Shown here: piece by piece, positions 9,410 to 19,000 of the stretch | Numbering within the stretch: the first letter of the stretch is position 1 | How the letters are laid out: each line of letters begins with the position of its first letter | Virus record (IMG/VR): IMGVR_UViG_3300020452_000548 | Span: 1-64,000 of that record | DNA from: a virus | Strand: one strand, 5' to 3' | Length of the DNA: 64,000 bases | Translations under genes and position numbers: made by a program | Notes under the pieces: model-generated | Seen by the model: the letters and a program-made list of their open reading frames with translations, nothing else | Told to the model about the DNA's origin: nothing | Databases searched by the model: none

Positions 9410-9891
9410 CCGATAATTTCACGGACATTGATGATGGCGATGGTCGCTACGCTTCAAGACAAAGAATCAACCGGAGGGTTGTGAGTTTTGACTTATCGGG
9501 TAGTAGTGTATCCGAAACCATACAGCTCAATGGTAAGATTGGAAGAATCGTCTTAGATCCAAGCCGAGCTACTTCTAATGGTTCTGTAACTTCATCATCA
9601 GGGTCTATGACTTTTTCAATGGATATTGAGGATTCAGGTAGCACCGAATACACTTACTGTAATGCAGTAAGTAGCTTGGACTTCAGAACAGCAAGTAATA
9701 CACCTTTGCACTTTCAAGTGGCGGAAGGAGCTAACACCGATACAGCAGGTGTTCATTTCACCGTTACCAGTCCGGGTAGTGTAGCTGCATCATGGAATGG
9801 TTTGGTCTGCGGGGCTTTGAAAATCACTTTAGCTACGAGTGCAGGTGCATTCACAGGCGGAACAATAAGAATGGTCATTATTTACGAATAA
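9406..9891 (+). CDS. Putative virion beta-sandwich protein
   Basis: Ser/Thr/Gly-rich, in the head-neck region. Confidence 0.5.
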   Translation: MTDNFTDIDDGDGRYASRQRINRRVVSFDLSGSSVSETIQLNGKIGRIVLDPSRATSNGSVTSSSGSMTFSMDIEDSGSTEYTYCNAVSSLDFRTASNTPLHFQVAEGANTDTAGVHFTVTSPGSVAASWNGLVCGALKITLATSAGAFTGGTIRMVIIYE

Positions 9892-9895
9892 GCCG

Positions 9896-9918
9896 TTTTT
9901 TTCAAAATCCATTAAATA
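9896..9918 (+). promoter_or_regulatory. Oligo-T terminator (T7) followed by an archaeal TATA box (TTAAATA) for a probably leaderless transcript
   Basis: TTTTTTT at 9896-9902 just after a stop codon; ATTAAATA at 9911-9918, about 28 nt before ATG 9943; no SD sequence. Confidence 0.55.
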
Positions 9919-9942
9919 GGATTGTCCCATGAATAGTTCTGT

Positions 9943-10266
9943 ATGGCACTAACTGTCGAGCAACTTGGAAGAACAAATGTAAGTGGTAATCGCTTGTCGG
10001 TTGCCTTGAAGATAACACCTGATTCGTCATGGCTTGCCGCAGGTGAGGAATTGATTCTCACAGATTATGTGGCTAATATTGATACGGTTCATATTGAATC
10101 TGATTTGGGTGGATACGCATGGGCCTATGACAGATCGGAAAATAAACTGCTTGCCTACTATGCAGACTACGATGCAGGTGCAGATGGAGCTTTGATAGCA
10201 GTAGCTAATGGAGTGGATCTATCAGCACTCACCGTATATATCTCGGTCACAGGTGGGCGAGCCTAA
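9943..10266 (+). CDS. Putative small virion structural protein
   Basis: 107-aa beta-rich ORF with its own promoter-like element. Confidence 0.55.
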   Translation: MALTVEQLGRTNVSGNRLSVALKITPDSSWLAAGEELILTDYVANIDTVHIESDLGGYAWAYDRSENKLLAYYADYDAGADGALIAVANGVDLSALTVYISVTGGRA

Positions 10267-10280
10267 GCGGGGCTTGCCTT

Positions 10281-10586
10281 ATGGGACTTCAAGTAGGTGA
10301 AATAAATCTCCAAGAAGCATTGGAGATAGAGAAGAGGCGTGGTAAGCGTCTTGCTGAGCTGACTACTGGTTCAGCTCGTTCCGATGAATCCATCTTCAGT
10401 AAGAAGAATATGGAGAAAAACTCTCATTCAGTCCGGGTTCAAACTAGAGGCCGAGAAAGATTTGATATTCAGAACATAGGTGCAGGTACAAGATGCACCG
10501 ACTGTGGACTACTACATTTCTGTTGGACTCCCGCCTGTGCAGGGTGTGGCGGTAAGATGGACTACAATATGGGGAAGTATTCATGA
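10281..10586 (+). CDS. Zinc-ribbon protein
   Basis: C-terminal CTDC..CAGC. Confidence 0.6.
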   Translation: MGLQVGEINLQEALEIEKRRGKRLAELTTGSARSDESIFSKKNMEKNSHSVRVQTRGRERFDIQNIGAGTRCTDCGLLHFCWTPACAGCGGKMDYNMGKYS

Positions 10587-10927
10587 GCAAAGACGATGTA
10601 AAGAAGTTCTTCGGCCCAAATTATTTTGATCCGTTGAGGGATTTGAAAAATCAAGCTATGGGTGGAACAGATAATTGCGAAGATTGCGGTATGCCCAAGA
10701 GAGGCGGGGATAACGAGCTGATGTTCGCAGACGATGAAATGTGCGATTGCTCTTTTGAAAAGGCATGGGCGGTTGCTAAAGCTGCACCCTGTCCTCAATG
10801 TGGTGCTGAAACAGGCGAGCGTTGCGGTAAAGATCCAAGAAAGCCCGCTAACAAATGCAAATCAAGGCGAAGGTCTATGGAATCGGGGCGTGACTTCGCA
10901 TCAGTTCCGAGTACATGGAAGGAGTGA
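10583..10927 (+). CDS. Cys-rich protein carrying the FEKAWAVAK tag
   Basis: CEDC, CDC and CPQC motifs; SFEKAWAVAKA at 10751-10783. Confidence 0.6.
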   Translation: MSKDDVKKFFGPNYFDPLRDLKNQAMGGTDNCEDCGMPKRGGDNELMFADDEMCDCSFEKAWAVAKAAPCPQCGAETGERCGKDPRKPANKCKSRRRSMESGRDFASVPSTWKE

Positions 10928-10940
10928 TGGAGGGTGAAGG

Positions 10941-12779
10941 ATGCCAAGAACATTCAATCCCGGCCATAGACCAAGCCAACCGTTATTTCCAGACGCATTG
11001 GTTTATTCAACAGTAGCTAAGGTAGTTCAGTACCTTCAGCTACCTGATACAGAACCTGTAGCTCTTGGTGGAGATACATCAATATCAGGCACTACTATTC
11101 GAATACCTATTGCAGGTGCGGATTTCAGAAGGTGGGGTTTTGCTTCTGGTGATACTGTAAAGGTCTATGATGATGTTAATGCTAAAGGTATTGATTACAT
11201 TTTGAATGGAACACAATCAGCTGGTTCAAGTGGGTTGGTATGGTTGTTAGCACCAGAATCCCAAAATAACTCATTCACTACTGCTAACAATGCCTATGTT
11301 CAACCTGCAAGCATATTGACTGATAGTAATGAGAGAGGCATTACAAAATCGGGCGTTGAGAATCTAATCAAGAAAAGACAGGATTACATTGATACGATTA
11401 CAAGAATGGCTTGGCGACCCCGTATTGTAGTGGATGAATACAAAAACTTCACAACTTTCAAACCGTATAGAAGGAGATACTATACTGACTATGTAGGTGC
11501 TGTCTATCTAAATCATAGAAGCATTAGGCAGATTCTCAAAATGGGTGTTTGGCAAGGCGATTACTATCGTGAGCTTGCAGCGGGTCGTATGGAGCTGTAT
11601 GTAGATAAGACGCATAAGATGGCTGATACCGATAAAATATTCCTATGCCCTAATGTAGCTCATGTTGGAACACTACAAGCAGCTCAATCATCTGCTACAA
11701 CTACTACTAAATGGGTTAGAGATTTTGGTAAGAAATCAGTAGCTGAAGAAATTGGTGCGTTAATCAATGAAGATTCAGATACCAGTAAAGCTGCAATACA
11801 GATTGGAAGTCTTACTCAAAATGGTTCGGCTTTGAATGTATCAAACGAATACTTAGCTACAGCAAATAGCGATGAGGGTGATGGGGTAGTTTGCATTAGT
11901 AGTATGAGAGAAGGCGAAGATGGTATTAACAGCACTATTGCAGTTAGTCAAAGAAATAGCTTTACATTCGATAAGGGTAACGAAATCGCTGTTGATCTTC
12001 TAACAGAAACAGGAACGCCTACTACTTCCTTTACTACAACCGATGCAAGCGGTATGGTTCAAGGTTCTGGATTGTATTACATTGAAGGGTTAAATGGTGC
12101 AAATCATGTAGCATTGTGTTCAAGAGATGATGATAGTATAACAATTACCACCGATTTAACCTCAAGTTTCGCCTCAAATGTGGGGGGATTAAGCAATATT
12201 ACCCTAGTTAAGGGGGGTAGTGGATACAGTTCTGCACCAACTATCTCTATTTCGGGGGGTAGTGGAGTAAATGCGGCAGCTACCGCAACAGTCACTAATG
12301 GGTCTGTAACCAGTATTACAATCACAAATGCAGGTTCGGCTTACCTATCAACAGATAGTAACATAGCAGTTACCTTTAGTGGCGGTGGTGGATCGGGAGC
12401 TTCTGCTACTGCGGTTGTAGGCAAGATAAAGCAATACAGATTCAAAACAGATGTTAGTGATGAAGAAAGGCAAAAGGATTGGTGGTCTATTGAGGATAAC
12501 GGTGCAATCATGTTCAACAATCAATATCCCTTCTTTGAGAATCATAGCTTGAAAGTATCATACATTTATGGCGAGAGGTATTTGGATAAGGTCATTGAGG
12601 ATGTTTGCACTAAATTAGTAGTAAGAGATATTCTAATGTCTGACGATTACACATCTCTATTCCCAGAAGGAACGCAGAATGTTTCACTTGATGCTAAAAT
12701 CCAAAAGTTAGATGAAGAAACAAAGAGATTGCTAATACCCTATCAAGAAACCATTATCGTAGCAGGGGTGGGTGGTTGA
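10941..12779 (+). CDS. Head-tail adaptor/connector with large inserted beta domains
   Basis: N-terminal YSTVAKVVQYL and QDYIDTIT; C-terminal VSYIYG..DKVIEDVCTKLV, typical of adaptors; internal GSGYSSAPT Gly-rich insert. Confidence 0.65.
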   Translation: MPRTFNPGHRPSQPLFPDALVYSTVAKVVQYLQLPDTEPVALGGDTSISGTTIRIPIAGADFRRWGFASGDTVKVYDDVNAKGIDYILNGTQSAGSSGLVWLLAPESQNNSFTTANNAYVQPASILTDSNERGITKSGVENLIKKRQDYIDTITRMAWRPRIVVDEYKNFTTFKPYRRRYYTDYVGAVYLNHRSIRQILKMGVWQGDYYRELAAGRMELYVDKTHKMADTDKIFLCPNVAHVGTLQAAQSSATTTTKWVRDFGKKSVAEEIGALINEDSDTSKAAIQIGSLTQNGSALNVSNEYLATANSDEGDGVVCISSMREGEDGINSTIAVSQRNSFTFDKGNEIAVDLLTETGTPTTSFTTTDASGMVQGSGLYYIEGLNGANHVALCSRDDDSITITTDLTSSFASNVGGLSNITLVKGGSGYSSAPTISISGGSGVNAAATATVTNGSVTSITITNAGSAYLSTDSNIAVTFSGGGGSGASATAVVGKIKQYRFKTDVSDEERQKDWWSIEDNGAIMFNNQYPFFENHSLKVSYIYGERYLDKVIEDVCTKLVVRDILMSDDYTSLFPEGTQNVSLDAKIQKLDEETKRLLIPYQETIIVAGVGG

Positions 12780-13034
12780 GTGGATGCGTTTTTTAATGAA
12801 TTGGCAAAGGCTACTGAAGAATTAGTAGTAGCTATGGAAAATTATGTATCGAAGATGCCTATGATTCGTGAGAAGTTAATACAAACCGAGAAGCAATCAT
12901 CAATTGAAGATGGGTTGGAATACACCGATGTTGAGATAGAAGGTATAGTAGATAGGCAGATAGAACACCATCCTTTCACTAACACCTTAAGAGATGCTAT
13001 CAAGCCCTTTGAAGGGGTGATGCAGGGTGACTGA
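12780..13034 (+). CDS. Hypothetical neck-region protein
   Basis: Tightly packed ORF between the adaptor and the fibre gene. Confidence 0.55.
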   Translation: MDAFFNELAKATEELVVAMENYVSKMPMIREKLIQTEKQSSIEDGLEYTDVEIEGIVDRQIEHHPFTNTLRDAIKPFEGVMQGD

Positions 13035-16000
13035 CGCAATCGCAATTCTCGTCAATATTCTTGACGCTAATTGGTCTAAAGCACCTAAGCCATCTATACA
13101 AGATATTGCTAACATAGACAAGGGCGATGGTAAGAGAGTAAGGCTACAAGATAAAGATGTAATCAGAATCTTTGAAACAGCTCACAATGAATCACAACCA
13201 GAGCTTTTGTATGATTTCGTCAATGAGCATATCAACCTCACAATAGACATTAGAACAGTCAAGAGCAGAAAGCGTTTGTCTGAAATAAGAAATGAGGTTA
13301 GAAGAATACTTCATGGGTTTAGGAAGGGAGATAACAAAAACATTGATCGTGTTATCTTCAAGACTCGAACCGACTTATCGGACAGGGCAAAGAAGCTGTT
13401 TAGATACACAATGCAATTTGAGGTAGTCACCTTTAGCCTATCAGCTGGTAGTGATGTATCATTCATCAATCCTTCAACGAATGACATTGTTGGTGCAGAT
13501 GTATGGCAAAGTTATGATCCTCAACTGACCGAGTTTGCTAATCTTACACCTACAAACAATCACGCTGTTGTAGCTATTGATGGAGTTTGGACTACTCAAG
13601 AGTTAGGCGATATTACTTCCGTCACAGCCGGAACAGGTTTGACGGGTGGTGGCTCAAGCGGTGCAGTTACCTTGAATGTAAGTGGAATTACAGTATCTGA
13701 GATAGCAGCAAATAGCCTTCAGATTAGTTCTGAGTCGTTTGCAGACAATGATACTTCATTGATGACTTCTGCCGCCATACAAGATAAGATTCTGAGCTAT
13801 GGCTACACTACACAAGTAGGCGATATTACAGGTGTGACCGCAGGGACTGGCCTATCAGGTGGTGGCTCATCGGGTTCAGTTACTCTCAATCTTGATTTGA
13901 AAGACGAAGATGATATGTCGTCTGACTCAGCTACCCATGCTTCATCTCAACAATCAATAAAGGCGTATGTTGATACAAAAGTTACAGATTTGGTTGCATC
14001 TGCTCCGGGTGCGTTAGATACACTAAATGAATTGGCCGCTGCAATCAATGACGACTCATCATTTCATACTACAATTACCAATCTTGTTGGGACTAAGTTA
14101 GCAAAATCAAGTAATCTTTCTGACCTTACTAATGCGGGAACAGCTCGGACTAACTTAGGTGTTGATGCAGCAGGTACTGATAACTCAACTAATGTGACTC
14201 TCATAACATCTAGTCATGACTATCTATCAATAAGCAGCCAAGCAATCACATTAGGTCAGATTGATGTTAGTGATGATACGAATCTTGCTGTTTCATCCCC
14301 AATCACTTTGACGGGCGATACGGTTGGACTTGCAGATCCGGTAACATTATCTCAACTTGATGAAGCTTCAGATGCTACCGATGATAAGATATTGCTTTGG
14401 GATGAATCCGCTTCTGCTTGGAAATACATGACTCTTGATAATCTACAAGACTCAATAGATACATCGTCAGCTAATACAGATACGACTTACACGCTCGCTG
14501 CATCTGATAGCTCAAGTGATGCTTTGATTGATTTGATAGCAGGTGGTAGTGGTTCTGGAACGGTATCGGTGAAATTGGTTGCGGGTTCTAACATCACTAT
14601 AACGCCCGATACTTCAACAACACCCGATCAGATAACCATAGCTTCAGCTCATCCCAACATTAGTGCAGCCAGCTCAGTAGATAATAGTGGTAGGACTTAC
14701 ATTCAAGACATTACTCTTGATTCAGACGGCCATGTAACAGGCATAGCTTCAGCTACTGAATCCGTAACAGATACAGATACTACTTACTCAATTAGTGCCG
14801 TTGATTCTGGTGATGATGCAATTATCCGCCTTACAGCAGGGGGTAGTGGAACGGGTAATGACGATATTACGCTTGAAGCAGGTACTAACATCACCATAAC
14901 CCCAAGCGGAGATACAATCACAATAGCCACCAATGCAGCTGATATTGAAGGCGTTGTTGCAGGGACTGGTTTGACGGGTGGTGGAACATCAGGCACGGTG
15001 ACTCTCAATGTTAGTGGATTGACGGTATCGGAATTGGCCGCCAACAGTATTCAACTTAGCTCAGAATCTTTTGCTGATAATGATACGAGCTTAATGACTT
15101 CTGCCGCTATACAAGACAAGATATTGTCTTATGGATATAGCACCGATTCTAACTCATTTAGGACAGTCACCGCAGGTGGCAACACATTAGGGGCATCAGA
15201 AACATTGGCCTTTACTGCCGGAACGGGGATTACTATCGCTGAAAGCGGTGGTGCAGTAACAATTACTAATTCTGTTAGCGATACTAATACATTCAGACCC
15301 ATTACGGCAGGTGGAAATACATTAGGTTCTTCTGAAACATTGGCTTTTACGGCAGGATCTAACATAACGATTAGTGAAAGTAGCGGTGCAGTAACTATTG
15401 CATCAACAGATACGAATACACAATTAACACTACATGATGAAGATGATTTTTCATCAAATAGTGCTACTGCTGCCGCAAGTCAGCAATCAATCAAGGCTTA
15501 TGTTGATTCACAGGTATCTGGAATTGTAGATACTGCACCTGCCGCATTGAACACATTAAATGAGTTAGCAGCCGCATTGAATGACGATGCTTCTTTCTCA
15601 ACAACAATTACCACTAGCATCGGTACTAAATTAGCAAAGTCAAGCAATCTTTCGGACTTAGCTAATGCGGGAACAGCTCGAACAAACTTAGGATTGGGGG
15701 CTGCTGCGGTAAAGGGCGTTGCTACTGATGGTTCGGGCGGTGTTGCCGATGGTGAGGGTGATTTGGTTACGGGTAATGCTGTGTTTGATTATATCGCAGC
15801 TCAAAACTTCGCTACATCAGGCTCATCTAACTTTGTTGTAGGGGATATAACAGGTCAAGCTGCAATTACAAGCGGATTAGCAAGCACCGATGAGTTTGTG
15901 ATTAGCGATGCAGGTGTTCTTAAAAAAATGGATACATCTGTATTGCAGACCTATATGCAGAACAATCTAACATTTACCACTAATACAAACACTACTTATA

Positions 16001-19000
16001 CTGCCGGAACGGGGCTTTTGTTGAATGGTACTGTATTTTCTCTCAATGACCCTGCTTCCGTATCTCAATTGACGGATGATGGTGCGGGAAGCACTACAAT
16101 TGTTGATGATGCAGATCAGATTTACATTTGGGATAACAGCGAAGGTGATTGGAATTACATTAGAATAGATGACCTTCAAGACAAGATAGATACAAACACA
16201 GTCAGAACAGTAACTGCGGGGGGCAATACTCTTGGGGCATCAGAAACCCTTGCCTTTACTGCGGGTTCTAATGTAACAATAACTGAAAGTGCAGGTGCAG
16301 TAACAATCGCATCAACAGATACTAACACCACATATAGCGTTGGTGACGGGGGATTAACGCAGAATAACTTCACTAATACTCTCAAGACTAAGTTAGACGG
16401 TATAGCTACAAGTGCGAATAACTACGCTATCTCATCCGATTTGTTAGATGAAGATGACATGGCGAGCAATAGTGCTACAAAAGTAGCATCTCAACAGTCT
16501 ATCAAGACATACATAGACAATAAGACGGCAAGTATTGTTGATTCTGCACCAGACGCATTAGATACTCTAAACGAGCTTGCAGCCGCTTTGAATGATGATG
16601 CGTCATTCTCAACAACAGTTACAACCAGTATAGGTACTAAGCTTGCTAAATCAAGCAACCTTTCTGATTTGGTCAATGCTGGAACGGCACGGACTAATTT
16701 GGGATTAGGCACGGCTGCGGTAAAGGCAGTAGCTACAGATGGTTCATCGGGCGTTGCAGACGGAGAAGCAGGTTTAGTTACAGGTAATGCAGTATATGAT
16801 TACATAGATGCTCAAGGTTTTGGTTCGGGTGCGGGAGATATTACTGCTGTCGTAGCTGGAACAGGGCTATCGGGCGGGGCAACATCTGGATCGGCTACGC
16901 TTAATGTAAGTGGATTAACCGTGTCCGAGTTTGCTGCTAATAGCATCCAGCTCAGCTCAGAATCTTTTGCAGACAATGACACTTCTGTAATGACTTCCGC
17001 TGCAATTGCAGATAAGATTGAATCATACGGATATTCTACTACTACGGGAGATATTACAGGAGTTACAGCCGGGACAGGATTATCCGGTGGAGGCAGTAGT
17101 GGTTCTGTAACATTGAATGTAAGTGGGATAACAGTATCTGAATTAGCAGGTGCATCTCTAACTACATCGTCAGAATCGTTTGCAGACAATGATACAACTC
17201 TAATGACTTCTGCCGCAATTAACGATAGAATAGAATCATTTGGTTATACTACAAATGCGGGTGATATTACTGGTGTGACCGCTGGAACAGGATTATCGGG
17301 TGGAGGGTCAAGTGGTAGTGTTACGCTTAATGTTGATTTGAAAGATGAAGATGACATGGCTTCAGACTCCGCAACACACGCAGCTTCTCAGCAATCAATC
17401 AAAGCGTATGTGGATGCAGAAGTATCTGGATTAGTCGCTTCAGCCCCCGGTGCATTAGATACCTTGAATGAATTAGCTGCCGCTATCAATGACGATGCAA
17501 GCTTCTCATCCACTATTACTACCAGTATTGGTACTAAACTCGCAAAATCAAGTAATCTATCGGATCTAGCCAATGCAGGTACGGCTCGAACAAACTTAGG
17601 ATTAGGCACAGGTGCGGTTTTAGATACTGCTGCGATAGCCGATGGGGGTTCGGGGTTAGCTACAGCAGATCAGATACATACATTTGTTACTGATTTCGGT
17701 TACACTACGAATACAGGAGATATTACTGCGGTAGTAGCAGGGACAGGACTTTCTGGTGGAGCTACGAGTGGGTCTGCAACCCTCAATGTTAGTGGGCTAA
17801 CAGTATCTGAGTTCGCTGCTAACAGTATTCAACTCAGTTCTGAGTCCTTTGCTGATAATGATACTTCTGTAATGACAAGTGCCGCAATTCAAGATAAGAT
17901 AGAGGCATACGGATACACAACCAACACAGGCGACATAACTGCTGTTGTAGCGGGAACGGGCTTATCGGGCGGGGCTACGAGTGGGTCTGCGACTCTCAAT
18001 GTTAGTGGCCTTACTGTGTCTGAATTGGCTGCAAATAGCTTACAACTCAGTTCTGAGTCTTTCTCAGATGACGATACGAGCTTGATGACCTCAGCTGCAA
18101 TTCAAGATAAGATAGAAGCATACGGTTATACTACGAATACAGGAGATATTACGGGTGTTGATTTAACCGTCACATCTCCGATTACAATTTCAAGTGAAAC
18201 AAACACAACATCTGGTTCATACTCGGCAACACTTGGTTTAGATGACCCTGCTAATCTATCTGAGCTTAATGAAAGCACGGATGCTACTGACGATAAGATT
18301 CTGCTTTGGGATGAGTCTGCCGGATCTTGGAAATACATGACGCTTGATAACCTACAAGATTCCATTGACACTACTGCATCGGGAGGGATTGGGGGTAGCA
18401 TCGCTAATACTCAGGTAGCGTTTGGAAGCGGAACGAACATTACAGGGTCATCCACTTTCTTCTATACTGATGCGACTAACACGCTCAATATAGCCAATGG
18501 TGCGGCAGCGGGAACGCTCACATCGGGTTCTCATAACTTGATATTGAGGAATAGTGCGGCAACAGGACACTCGAAAATCACAATTGCGTATGATAGTGTC
18601 GCAGCAGCTAATTCTCATATTGAATTAGAAACTGATGGTACGGGGAATGTTGAGATACATAAGGAGGGTGCGGTTGTTTTCAAACTACCTAACACAATAG
18701 GTTCTTCTGGTCAGATATTGAAAGTTCCATCAAGCGGTACTATCTTAGAATGGGGAGATTCGGGAACGACTTACTCAGCAGGTACTAACATCTCATTGAG
18801 TGGTACTACTTTCAATGTGGATGATGCTTTCTTAGTCAATAACGCTAACGATACAACATCAGGTGTAATTACTGCGGGCGGATTTACTACCGCAGGTTCG
18901 GTAACAATAGGCGGTCATGCGTTTGATGATATTGATATTGGTTCTGAGTTTGTTGATACTGATGACCATATTATGTCATCTGGTGCAATTAAGGAGAAAA